From positions 96,001 through 160,000 of the forward strand of contig CBDIIB010000003.1 of assembly GCA_965279525.1 (NCBI GenBank): a DNA stretch of 64,000 nucleotides, written 5' to 3'. The notes under the pieces were generated by a model that saw nothing but the letters and a program-made list of their open reading frames with translations, was not told the origin of the DNA and made no database searches. Shown here piece by piece: positions 37,277 through 46,716 of the stretch; within the stretch, counting starts at the first letter, position 1, and the number at the start of each line of letters is the position of its first letter. The DNA comes from Tagaea sp. (GTDB lineage: Bacteria > Pseudomonadota > Alphaproteobacteria > CACIAM-22H2). The translations under genes were made by a program, and so were the position numbers.

Positions 37277-37870
37277 ATGGAATTCGAAAACTCGTTCGAG
37301 GTACCGCTCCCGCCGGATCGGGCATGGGCTGTGTTGCTCGACATTCCCAACATGGTGAAGTGCATGCCTGGCGCGGAGCTGGTCGAGATTGTCGATGAAA
37401 CGACATTCAAAGGAAAAGTTACCGTTCGCCTTGGCCCCGTCACGATGAACTTCGCAGGTACGGTCAAGTTCACAGAGATGGATCCGACAAGCCATCGTGC
37501 ATTGGCGAATGCGCGCGGTAATGATGCAAAGGGACGTGGGGCTGCGAACGCGAATGTCCGCTTTGGGCTGGACCCATCACCGGCTGGCTCACTCGTGACC
37601 ATCCACACGACATTGTCGCTTACGGGAGCAGTCGCCCAGTATGGTCGGGCATCCGGTGTGATCAAGGAACTTGCGAACCAGATCACGTCCGAGTTCGCTC
37701 GCCGCCTCCGGGCTCAGATCGATGCGGAAAGTGTCGCGGTCACCGGTACTCCAGTGGAGTCCGCATCAGCGCTTCCGCCGCCCCCAGTCGAAAGTCTGTC
37801 GGCTGGAAAGCTCTTGTGGAGTGTGATTCGGGCTTATATTTCAAGACTCTTCGGCCGCGGTCAGGGATAG
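37277..37870 (+). CDS. coxG: CoxG/SRPBCC family protein
   Basis: MEFENSFEVP...AW..LLD......CMPGA, VRLGP, G.D.KGRG.A, L.G.VAQYGR, C-terminal amphipathic anchor. Confidence 0.85.
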   Translation: MEFENSFEVPLPPDRAWAVLLDIPNMVKCMPGAELVEIVDETTFKGKVTVRLGPVTMNFAGTVKFTEMDPTSHRALANARGNDAKGRGAANANVRFGLDPSPAGSLVTIHTTLSLTGAVAQYGRASGVIKELANQITSEFARRLRAQIDAESVAVTGTPVESASALPPPPVESLSAGKLLWSVIRAYISRLFGRGQG

Positions 37871-37955
37871 CCGTCTTCAATTGCGACTTCCTTCTGGTAT
37901 CTTGCGTCGATGAGCGTACGGCAAATGCGCCTCCTGGACGTAAGGACCGGATGGA

Positions 37956-38747
37956 ATGGGAAGGAATGGTAATAGATCATTGCGAATTGGGCGAACCCCT
38001 CCCAGTCTGCGGGAGCTTGCGACAGTCAAGATCCGAAACGCGATCCTGAGCATCCACTACAAGCCGCAGCAGAAGCTGACGGAGCGCATGCTCTGTGCCG
38101 AGACGGGTGTCAGCCGGACTTCCATCCGGGAGGCGCTTCGGCAGCTCGAGGCGGAAGGGTTGGTCGAGCGAGTGCCGCGGCGCGGACTTATGGTCGCCGC
38201 AGTGTCCCCGTCGGAGGCCAGGCAGATCTATGAAGTCCGGCTCGCCCTAGAGACGACTTTGTCACGACTGTTTGTCGAGCGCGCAGCCATCAAGGACATC
38301 GAGGCTCTGCGTTCGGCGTGCGATGCCATCGAACGCGACATGAGCCGAAAGCCGGTGACGAATTACGTCCAGTCGATAGATCGCTTCTTCGACATCCTGA
38401 TGCGAGGCGCCGGCAACGAGGTTGCCCGCTCCATACTTCGCAATCTTCGGGCTCGGATAAGCTATTTGCGGGCGCTTACTGCGGAAGCGTCCGGGCCGGA
38501 GCGGGGCAAGGAAACGCTCGAGATCATGCGCGGCGTTGTAGATGCTGCCGTCCGTCGCGATGCGGACGACATCGTGCAGCGTTGCAAACACATGGTCGAA
38601 CGCTCGGCGCGCTATGCGATTGCGCTGCTTACCAGGCTTGAGGCGGAGTCGGACGCAGCCAAGAAAAGCCAGCCAGTTCGGCGGAAGCGCGCATTGCCGC
38701 TCAGGCGGCGAAAGTTTTCGGCAACCAGAGAGCTCGGAAGCGGTTAG
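37956..38747 (+). CDS. GntR family regulator (FCD domain)
   Basis: IRNAIL..HYKP.QKLTER.LC..TGVSRTSIREALRQLEAEGLV, IYEVRLALE. Confidence 0.9.
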   Translation: MGRNGNRSLRIGRTPPSLRELATVKIRNAILSIHYKPQQKLTERMLCAETGVSRTSIREALRQLEAEGLVERVPRRGLMVAAVSPSEARQIYEVRLALETTLSRLFVERAAIKDIEALRSACDAIERDMSRKPVTNYVQSIDRFFDILMRGAGNEVARSILRNLRARISYLRALTAEASGPERGKETLEIMRGVVDAAVRRDADDIVQRCKHMVERSARYAIALLTRLEAESDAAKKSQPVRRKRALPLRRRKFSATRELGSG

Positions 38748-38759
38748 CGAAACGCAATG

Positions 38760-39761
38760 TTATGGTTCGTCCTTGTCGTGAACCACGACGACTCGACCGT
38801 ACGCCTTACGATCCCGAACCGCCCGCAGAGCATCCTGGAATTCCTCCAGTGGATACTTTGTCATCGGCAAGGACGCAATTTTTCCCGTCTGGAACCAATC
38901 GAATAGTTCCCGATAGCATGTCTCGACTTGCTCGGGCCGCTTCTTTCGGTAGTCACTGACTTGCAGTCCCGTCACTTCGATATTCTTCAATAGAACGTAG
39001 TTCACCTTGAGCGTCGGAATTCGCCCAGCCGCGAATCCAATGACGACCAGGCGACCGCACCAAGCAAGTGCCCGGATCGCCGCGTCAAAGATATCCCCGC
39101 CGAGGGGGTCGAGAACAATGTCTGCGCCTCGCCCGCCTGTAAGCTCGTGAACCTGTGCTCGCAGGCTATCGTGCAGGTCCGGTCGCGCCAGATCGACAAT
39201 TGAGTCGGCGCCGGCCGCACGCACAAGGGGGATTTTGTCGGGGTTCGAGATGCCGGCCATCACGAAGGCACCCATGGCCTTCGCGATCTGGATCGCACCA
39301 ATTCCCACGGCACCCGAGGCGCCAAGAACAAGAACAGTGTCTCCAGCCTTGTATCTGGCGCGATCCTTCAGTGCGAACCAAGCGGTGTCGTTGGCGACTG
39401 CCATCGATGACGCTTCGGCGAAATTCATCGACGGTGGCAGAACGTAGCATTGAGATTCCGAAACGGTGACGAGCTCGGCGTATCCACCGATTTCTGCCAT
39501 CGCGAGGACCCTGTCGCCGATCTTCAGCTTCTTCACGTCCGGACCAAGTCCGACTACGACGCCTGCCGGACCTTTGCCGGGAACGAATGGCGGCTTCGGA
39601 AGAAACTGATACTTTCCGGTAATCACCAACTGATCGACATAGTTGACGGTGGTCGCGTGGGTGCGTACCAGCACTTCGCCCGAGGCTGGAACCGGGTCGG
39701 GCATCGTTCCCAAGCGCAAGTTCTCGATTGGCCCGAAAGCGTCGACGATTATGGCGCGCAT
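38760..39761 (-). CDS. NADPH:quinone oxidoreductase family (MDR, zinc-independent)
   Basis: VNYVD...GKYQ..P..PFVPG, VLGASGAVG, GRLVVIGFAAG.IP..N..LLKN. Confidence 0.9.
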   Translation of the reverse strand: MRAIIVDAFGPIENLRLGTMPDPVPASGEVLVRTHATTVNYVDQLVITGKYQFLPKPPFVPGKGPAGVVVGLGPDVKKLKIGDRVLAMAEIGGYAELVTVSESQCYVLPPSMNFAEASSMAVANDTAWFALKDRARYKAGDTVLVLGASGAVGIGAIQIAKAMGAFVMAGISNPDKIPLVRAAGADSIVDLARPDLHDSLRAQVHELTGGRGADIVLDPLGGDIFDAAIRALAWCGRLVVIGFAAGRIPTLKVNYVLLKNIEVTGLQVSDYRKKRPEQVETCYRELFDWFQTGKIASLPMTKYPLEEFQDALRAVRDRKAYGRVVVVHDKDEP

Positions 39762-39799
39762 GTTTCCTTCACTCGCACGTCTAAGAATTTCCGATCGGA

Positions 39800-41464
39800 C
39801 TATTGGGCCCGACGGATCGCGACGGGGTGTTCTCGGCCCGACTTGACCGCTTCGACAATCTCGATTTTTCGAATTTTTCCGCTAGCGGTTAGCGGGATCC
39901 GTTCGAGCTCGAGGAAGTACTCCGGCATATCATATTTCGAAAGTCCACCCAGGTTCAGATACTCAAGAATGTCGACTGGTGTGGCCTTCTTTCCGTTACG
40001 GAACTCGACGGCAAGGCAGACTTTTTCGCCGAGCCGCTCATCGGATACCGGGATGGCTGCAACGCGCTCGATGCTTTGATGCTGCGATGCAATCGCCTCG
40101 AGCTTTGCGGGAAAAATCTTGTGTCCGCCGCGGTTGATCACATCCTTCTTCCTGCCGGTAATTCGCAGATAGCCATTCCCGTCGATCCAGCCCAGGTCGT
40201 TGGTCATGAACCAGCCATGGACATTGAACGAATCTTCGGTGGCTGCTTGGTCGTTGAAGTACCCGAGCATCAAGCTGGCACCTCTGCCGCCGATCTCGCC
40301 GATTTCGCCGACGGGCATTTCGTCGGCCGAATTTTCGGCGTTCCAGATCTTTATCTCATATCCCTTGCAGGCGCGGCCGACAGTATCGGTAAGCAGCTTT
40401 GCTTCGTCGCTCGGGTGAGTGTACTGGTGCGAGCAAGTCTCGGTCATTCCATAGCCAACTTGTGGCTTGATGCCGTAGCCCAGAAGTTCGCTGATCACCC
40501 AACTGGGTGCCGAAGCACCGGATACGCGGAATCCGGCGAGCTTCGGGAGTTTGACTGCCGTCCGGCTGCGCATTTCCGATAGAAGATCGATCGCATGCGT
40601 CGGCACTCCGAAAAGAAACGTAGCGCCGGTCTGCTTCAATCTGTCCAGAAGGCTCGCACCTTTTGGAAGGTCATGGACGATGATCTCGCCACCGACGATC
40701 AAGGTCATGATCATCGCGCCAAAGCCAAGATTGTGGCTCAGTGTTCCCAGCGTGTAGACGTTCGAATTCGCGTCGATGGACCAATCGCTTGAAATCGTTC
40801 TGGCATTGGCGAGCAGAGTATTGTCGCTGTGCATTACGCCCTTGGGAGCGCCAGTGGTCCCGGACGTGAATGCGAGATAGACGACGCTATCTGGGTCATT
40901 GTCTGGCGGAACCGGATTCAATTCGGCGGCCGCATCCGCCGACCACGGCAGCGAGAGCGGATCACCGCCATGCTCGTCGATTTGCCCGAGAACATATGTG
41001 TGGCGGATGGATGGAATTGTCGTCACTCGAGCAACGATGTCGTTCCGGTCGCTATCAGCGCCGAACCCGCGCTGCGTGATGAGAACCGAAGCCCGGATCT
41101 TCTGGAGTAGTTCCGCGACATCGCTCACGGTGTGGTCGCGATGCAGTGAAGGACAGCAAATATATCCGTTACGCGAGCAAGCGAGGACGGCAATGGCCAC
41201 TTCGATACGGCTTGCGACCCAAACGGCGACGCGTTGCCCTGCGCAAATGCCGCGATACTGCAGGGCTCGAGCGAGTGAATCGGCCTCGCGAACGAGTTGC
41301 CTGTAGGTCAGCCGCCTCGAACGGTCCCGGATGGCGAATTTATCGGGTGACGCATTGGCTCGGTTTGCGACAAGCGAATAGAACGTGTCGCTTTTCCATA
41401 GCCCATCCCGATAGTGCCGCTCAAGTCGATCTCGGTTCAGCGTGGTCAGCAGATGTGTTGTCAT
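39800..41464 (-). CDS. AMP-binding acyl-CoA synthetase (aryl/cyclohexanecarboxylate-CoA ligase-like)
   Basis: FTSGTTGAPKGVMHS, GYGMTE, WFMTNDLG, GRKKDVINRGG, PLTASGKIRK. Confidence 0.92.
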   Translation of the reverse strand: MTTHLLTTLNRDRLERHYRDGLWKSDTFYSLVANRANASPDKFAIRDRSRRLTYRQLVREADSLARALQYRGICAGQRVAVWVASRIEVAIAVLACSRNGYICCPSLHRDHTVSDVAELLQKIRASVLITQRGFGADSDRNDIVARVTTIPSIRHTYVLGQIDEHGGDPLSLPWSADAAAELNPVPPDNDPDSVVYLAFTSGTTGAPKGVMHSDNTLLANARTISSDWSIDANSNVYTLGTLSHNLGFGAMIMTLIVGGEIIVHDLPKGASLLDRLKQTGATFLFGVPTHAIDLLSEMRSRTAVKLPKLAGFRVSGASAPSWVISELLGYGIKPQVGYGMTETCSHQYTHPSDEAKLLTDTVGRACKGYEIKIWNAENSADEMPVGEIGEIGGRGASLMLGYFNDQAATEDSFNVHGWFMTNDLGWIDGNGYLRITGRKKDVINRGGHKIFPAKLEAIASQHQSIERVAAIPVSDERLGEKVCLAVEFRNGKKATPVDILEYLNLGGLSKYDMPEYFLELERIPLTASGKIRKIEIVEAVKSGREHPVAIRRAQ

Positions 41465-41670
41465 TTCGCTTTTAATTCTCATCACGGGAGCGTAATTTTC
41501 GCTCGCGCCCATCCCAAAATCAAGAATAATCCAGAAAATGGGAATTCGGTAATGATTTGTCTTTCAACCACCTTGGAATCGGTAGCGGGACCTTCGGAGT
41601 AGCCGCGCCTTTTCAAAGCCGATGAAGGGCTAAGTCATGTGCAGCGGAGATAGATTGGGTTCGTACGGCG

Positions 41671-41688
41671 GGTACAAAGTTTGGAACA
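41671..41688. promoter_or_regulatory. Island operator motif copy (GGTACA-AAGTTT-GGAACA)
   Basis: In the CoA-ligase/TauD divergent region. Confidence 0.6.
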
Positions 41689-41856
41689 GTAGTGAGCTTA
41701 GTGGCGACCGATCGGTCGAACTGGCCGGATTTGCGATTTCCGGCCGGGAACAGTCGAAACGGCGTGGCCGTTCCGAGAATTCGCTCGTGAGTGTGGGCTG
41801 ACCAGGATGAGCGTTGTTGATGTGGTTGTGCTTCGGCACCGAGTTGGGAGATCGAT

Positions 41857-42912
41857 ATGACGCGGAAAATGGATAGTGAGGCGCTTCATAGGCCCAATGG
41901 CCGTTCGGTGTGGACGGCAAAGGAGCTAGCCCAGCAATCTGACTGGGTGTTCCGTTTGTCGGACCTAACCTTGAGAGAGATCGACGACTGCCTGGCGCGA
42001 GTAAGAGCGCAGTGCCTTCCTTGGGACAAAGTCACGGCGGCGGATTTCCCGCTTGAGTCTCTTAACGGAAAACTCTCGACGATTCAGTCTGAGATCGCGA
42101 CAGGACGTGGATTCATCGTCATCCGCGGCTTGCCGGCGGAAAAATATGACATTGAAGATCTCAAGCGCATCTATTGGGGCATTGGTGCTCACTTCGGACG
42201 GGCCGAAGCGCAGAGCCACGAAGGTGATCGGTTAGGCGACATCATCGACCTGAGCGACGAGCAACCAGATGTATTCCGACGCCGCGGATACCATTCGGCC
42301 GGCGCTCAGTTGGCCCATACGGATTCATCCGATATCGTGTCGATGCTGAGCATAACAATGGCAAAAGCTGGTGGTGCATCCCGGTTGGCGAGTGCCCACA
42401 CGGTACATAACCTGCTTTTCGAGCACTGTCCTTCGCTTCTGGAAGTGCTCTATGAAGGCTTCTTTCTACGTGGCACCGACAACGATGCGCAAGGAGCGGG
42501 CTACGATCTGGTCAGTCCGAACCGTGTCCCGGTTTACGCTTACACGGATGGCTGGCTGAATTGCTTCTATGTCCCCGGGTATATCCGGCGGCCCGTGTTG
42601 GCCGGGATGGTCAGTCTCAGTCCGAAGGAGGAGGCCGCAATCCAGGCATTCAACGCGTTCGCCAATCACCCGGATATCATGACGAACATGTATCTCGAGC
42701 CCGGCGACATGCAGTTCCTGAATAATCGAACGATACTTCACGGACGCGCGGCATTCGAAGATTTTCCGGAAAAGGCTCGCCGTCGGCACCTCTTGCGGCT
42801 TTGGCTCGGTGCGCCGGGTTGGCCAAAAATGTCGGCGGCGCAGGACTACCAATCGGCGGAGGTGCGCCGTCGTTGGGGAGAGTACGCGAGCACTCGGAAG
42901 TCGACGGTGTGA
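41857..42912 (+). CDS. TauD/TfdA (clavaminate synthase-like) 2OG/Fe dioxygenase
   Basis: GRGFIVIRGLP, HTDSSD, A..GG.S.LAS, LEPGDMQFLNN..ILHGR..F.D, RRHLLRLW. Confidence 0.9.
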   Translation: MTRKMDSEALHRPNGRSVWTAKELAQQSDWVFRLSDLTLREIDDCLARVRAQCLPWDKVTAADFPLESLNGKLSTIQSEIATGRGFIVIRGLPAEKYDIEDLKRIYWGIGAHFGRAEAQSHEGDRLGDIIDLSDEQPDVFRRRGYHSAGAQLAHTDSSDIVSMLSITMAKAGGASRLASAHTVHNLLFEHCPSLLEVLYEGFFLRGTDNDAQGAGYDLVSPNRVPVYAYTDGWLNCFYVPGYIRRPVLAGMVSLSPKEEAAIQAFNAFANHPDIMTNMYLEPGDMQFLNNRTILHGRAAFEDFPEKARRRHLLRLWLGAPGWPKMSAAQDYQSAEVRRRWGEYASTRKSTV

Positions 42913-42992
42913 AGATGTTGGGGTTTTTCGGGAAGTTTTCGAATTGAATGCGTGTGGCAGTGTTCCAGGGTTGCGACCCGGGTGATTTGGCA

Positions 42993-45347
42993 ATGGAGAA
43001 CGGACAAATGGCTTTCGGCAAGGCGCAGACTGGGGGGCGATATGAGGACGTGGCGTTGCTGCGGGGAAAGGGGCGCTTCATCGATGATATGCACCTTCCC
43101 GGCACGCTTCACGTCGCATTTGTCCGCAGCGCTATGGCGCACGCACTTGTCCGAAATGTGGACGTTGTGGCCGCGAAGATGGCCCCTGGTGTCCATGCCG
43201 TTCTGACTTATGACGATATCAGGCCGCTTCTCACTCAGGATCGAATTGCGCTCGCGATGCCGTCCGGTGCCATACGCTTTGTCGTTGATCCTCCGGTGCT
43301 TGCATCGGCCGAGACTTGCTATGTGGGGGAACCGATCGCACTGGTCGTCGCCGAGAGCCGATCGTTGGCAGAGGATGCCGCGGCATTGGTGGATGTCGAG
43401 TACGAAGCATTGCCGGCGGTTGTCGATATTGTTGCCGGCATTGCAAGCGGGTCTCCGAAGGCGAGGGTTGACTGCCCTGACAACGTGGTTGCGGAAGCGG
43501 TCATCAAGTATGGCGACGTCGATGCTGCGTTCGCGCGGGCGGCGCATGTCCTTACCGAAGAACTCCTGCTGCACAAGGGTGGCGGTCACTCCATGGAGCC
43601 GCGCGGCATCATCGCGCGATACGACGAGGGGACTGGATCGCTGGATGTTTGGGACAGCACCCAGATGCCTCATCGAAATAAGGCCGTTCTGATCCAGATG
43701 CTGGGCCTGACCGAAAGTCAGGTTCGTGTCGTCGCCCCCGATGTCGGCGGAGCGTTTGGACCGAAGGCCGTTTTTCACCCGGAAGAGCTTGCAGTTCCTG
43801 CAGCGTCGATGCTGCTTGGCTATCCATTGAAATGGATCGAGGACCGGCGCGAGAACTTTCAGGCGACCGTCATGGAACGCGACCAGCATTGGTCGGTCGA
43901 AATGGCGCTCGACAAGGAAGGCAAGGTTCTCGCTATCAGGGGCCACCTCATCCATGACCACGGTGCCTGCACGCCGTATGGCAGTTCGATTCCCCAGAAT
44001 GCCGCGACGAATCTGATCGGTTCCTACGTGCTGCCGGCGTACGAAATGAAGGTAACGTCCTGTTTGACAAACATGGTGCCGACCGCCGCGACGCGCGGCG
44101 CCGGTCGGCCGCAAGGAACGTATGTGATGGAACGCATGCTCGACCGAGCTGCGGGAACTGTCGGAATAACGCGCGATGAAGTTCGTCGCCGAAATCTCAT
44201 ACGGGCGGATCAGATGCCATTCACGACACCGGTCCCGATGCGTGACGGCAGAATGATGACGTACGATAGCGGGGACTATCCCGAGTGCCAGAGGCGCGTC
44301 TTGGAGGCTGCCGGCTGGGCCGACTTTCCCGCTCGGCAGGCTGCGGCGCGCGAGAAGGGTCGTTGGATTGGAATTGGACTCTCGAATTACGTGGAATTGA
44401 CCGGGCGGGGACCATTCGAGAGTGCATCGGTCCGGATCGGCCCGTCCGGCCGCGTGCTCGTGACGAGCGGCGCCACCGCGCAGGGTCAGGGCACCAAGTC
44501 CATGCTTGCCGCGATTGTCGGTCGGGAACTCGGCATAGGCGAAGAACTGATCGACGTGATGGTCGGGGATACGAGCTTCAGTCCTTTGGGGATTGGCGCT
44601 TTCGCGAGCCGTCAGACCGTGACGGCGGGAAACTCGGTTTATGCCGCAGCGGTTCAGGTTGCTGAGAAGGCGAAGAAAATTGCATCGGTGCTCCTCGAGG
44701 CAGCGCCGGAGGATATCGAGCTGCGCGACGGCGTTGCCCATGTGCGGGGCGTGCGCCAGATGTCGCGTTCATTGGGCGAGTTGGCAAAGGCCGTGAATGG
44801 CTCGATCGGTTTTGCGCTTCCCGGCGGCATTGCACCCGGCTTGTACGCCGCATCGGACTTCCAGGTTGCAGGTACGCCATTTGCGTGTGGTGCCCATGTC
44901 GCCGAAGTCGAGGTGGACTGCGAAACGGGCGGGGTCGAACTCACGAGGTATGTCGCGATCCATGATTGCGGACGCGTCATCAACCCTCAGATCGTCGAGG
45001 GGCAGGTTCTCGGGGCGATCGTCCATGGCATAGGCAACGCGCTATATGAATGGATGCGATACGACGACCGTGGGCAGCCGCTGACGGTGACGTACGGCGA
45101 CTACCTGCTGCCGGCATCGGATCTGATCCCGCGCATCGAGTTGTTGCACATGGAGTCGCCAAGCCCGCTGAATCCGCTTGGCGTAAAGGGTGCCGCAGAG
45201 GGCGGGACGATTGCTGCGCCTGCCGCGATCGTATCTGCGATCGAGGATGCCCTGAAGCCGCTCGGCATTCGGATTCTGGATTTGCCCGTGACGCCTGTGC
45301 GCCTTCGGGCTCTGATCGAAGCGGCTCAGCCAGGGCACCGGGGATGA
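42993..45347 (+). CDS. Xanthine dehydrogenase family molybdopterin-binding large subunit (L2)
   Basis: RYED..LLRGKGRFIDD, WDSTQMPH, DVGGAFGPK, loop ATRGAGRPQ, KGAAEGG. Start 42993 or 43008. Confidence 0.93.
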   Translation: MENGQMAFGKAQTGGRYEDVALLRGKGRFIDDMHLPGTLHVAFVRSAMAHALVRNVDVVAAKMAPGVHAVLTYDDIRPLLTQDRIALAMPSGAIRFVVDPPVLASAETCYVGEPIALVVAESRSLAEDAAALVDVEYEALPAVVDIVAGIASGSPKARVDCPDNVVAEAVIKYGDVDAAFARAAHVLTEELLLHKGGGHSMEPRGIIARYDEGTGSLDVWDSTQMPHRNKAVLIQMLGLTESQVRVVAPDVGGAFGPKAVFHPEELAVPAASMLLGYPLKWIEDRRENFQATVMERDQHWSVEMALDKEGKVLAIRGHLIHDHGACTPYGSSIPQNAATNLIGSYVLPAYEMKVTSCLTNMVPTAATRGAGRPQGTYVMERMLDRAAGTVGITRDEVRRRNLIRADQMPFTTPVPMRDGRMMTYDSGDYPECQRRVLEAAGWADFPARQAAAREKGRWIGIGLSNYVELTGRGPFESASVRIGPSGRVLVTSGATAQGQGTKSMLAAIVGRELGIGEELIDVMVGDTSFSPLGIGAFASRQTVTAGNSVYAAAVQVAEKAKKIASVLLEAAPEDIELRDGVAHVRGVRQMSRSLGELAKAVNGSIGFALPGGIAPGLYAASDFQVAGTPFACGAHVAEVEVDCETGGVELTRYVAIHDCGRVINPQIVEGQVLGAIVHGIGNALYEWMRYDDRGQPLTVTYGDYLLPASDLIPRIELLHMESPSPLNPLGVKGAAEGGTIAAPAAIVSAIEDALKPLGIRILDLPVTPVRLRALIEAAQPGHRG

Positions 45348-45365
45348 CCGGTGCCCTGACGGAAA

Positions 45366-46328
45366 CTACTTTGCGAGCCGTCGCAGCGAGTCGACATAGT
45401 CTTTTACGCCTGTATCCAGATCGTATTTGGGCTTGAAGCCGAAATCGGCTTCCGCGCGCCGGATGTCGAAAATTCCGGCGCGGTTGACGGAGAAGCCGAG
45501 CGGATTGAGACCCGGACCGATTTCAATGACTGCGCCAGGGACTGAAGCACGAACTGCATCGGCGAACTGACGAAGCGTCCGGCCTTTTCCGCTCGCGATG
45601 TTGTAGGCGGATCCCGGCAGCTTGTCCGACAAGGCCGCAAGGACCATGCCTTCTGCCGCATCGTCGACATAGATCAGGTCGTCGATCTGATCGCCGCCTT
45701 TTTGCAGATGCACCGGCCGACCGATGAACGGGTCTTCGACGAGGCGGCTGCGCAACGACATCTTGCCGTGCCGCTCCTGCTTTCCAGGGCCGTATATGGC
45801 GGAAAAACGCAATGCGGCAAACTCGATGCCGAACACGGTCCGGTAGACTTGGCCGAGATTTTCTGCCGCCAATTTGGTCGAATCATAAGAGAGGAGAGGG
45901 CGCTTTGGATGATCCTCGGCGATCAATTGATAGTCTGCGCTGCCAACATTCTCCGGCAATTCACCATAGACGGCACGGGTGCTGGCATAGACAAAACGCT
46001 TAATGTTGGACTGTTTCGCAGCTTCGAGAAGATTGGCCGTACCCAGCGAATTCACCATGAACGACCGGTAGGGCTCGCTGTCCATATTCGGATCGATGAA
46101 CGCTGCCAAATGGATGATTCGGTCAATGTTTTGCGCCGATACGAAACTCGTTACGGCGGCGAAGTCCGTGATGTCGAGCTCCGAGAATTCAAAACGGTCC
46201 TTGATGTCGTTCACGAGAGAGAAATCAGCCCGCCGATCCACCACGACCGGCGTTATGCCGCGGTCCAGCAGCTTGCGCGTGACCACCGCGCCATTCACAC
46301 CAACTCCGCCAGTTACCAGAATTCGCAT
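45366..46328 (-). CDS. NAD-dependent epimerase/dehydratase (extended SDR)
   Basis: ILVTGGVGVNG, IIHLAA, YASTRAVYG, YDSTK, LRFSAIYGPG, IYVDD. Confidence 0.9.
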   Translation of the reverse strand: MRILVTGGVGVNGAVVTRKLLDRGITPVVVDRRADFSLVNDIKDRFEFSELDITDFAAVTSFVSAQNIDRIIHLAAFIDPNMDSEPYRSFMVNSLGTANLLEAAKQSNIKRFVYASTRAVYGELPENVGSADYQLIAEDHPKRPLLSYDSTKLAAENLGQVYRTVFGIEFAALRFSAIYGPGKQERHGKMSLRSRLVEDPFIGRPVHLQKGGDQIDDLIYVDDAAEGMVLAALSDKLPGSAYNIASGKGRTLRQFADAVRASVPGAVIEIGPGLNPLGFSVNRAGIFDIRRAEADFGFKPKYDLDTGVKDYVDSLRRLAK

Positions 46329-46342
46329 TTCCGACCCCTCGA

Positions 46343-46360
46343 TGTTCAAATTTCGGCACG
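46343..46360. promoter_or_regulatory. Island operator motif copy (TGTTCA-AATTTC-GGCACG)
   Basis: About 15 bp upstream of the SDR start codon. Confidence 0.55.
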
Positions 46361-46644
46361 CCAGATACTAGTCGCATTGTGGAAGCCATGAAAAGGGTGC
46401 GACTGGCCCAGTCCGAAATTCGAGGGTGCACTTACATCGGCATTATGAAGAATGTGGAACTGAGACCCAGCGCCGCAGACTTGCACAAGCGCCATATTTA
46501 CCGAGATTGAATCATCCGCGCTGACTGAAGTGACCAGGCTATCTTGGCCTCATTTGGTGTCGGTAGCATCTCGTCGCAGCATCTGCTCCTCGGCGCTCAC
46601 GGCAACGGGCCGTTTCCAAGCTCACCAGTCGACGCATTGACATA

Positions 46645-46698
46645 TTGACGAGGGCCTTATACCGTCATCTAATAATTAATAATCCCACTTTTGGAACA
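46645..46698 (+). promoter_or_regulatory. Sigma70-like promoter with downstream operator copy
   Basis: TTGACG (46645-46650), 17-bp spacer, TCTAAT (46668-46673), then AATCCC-ACTTTT-GGAACA (46681-46698) before the GGAGG RBS. Confidence 0.55.
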
Positions 46699-46716
46699 AT
46701 AGCACGGAGGGCTGGT

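Noticed and set aside
28083-37870. Aerobic CO dehydrogenase (coxMSL + coxG)
   Set aside because: No large subunit has the form I AYxCSFR loop or an exact form II AYxGAGR loop, and coxDEF are absent.
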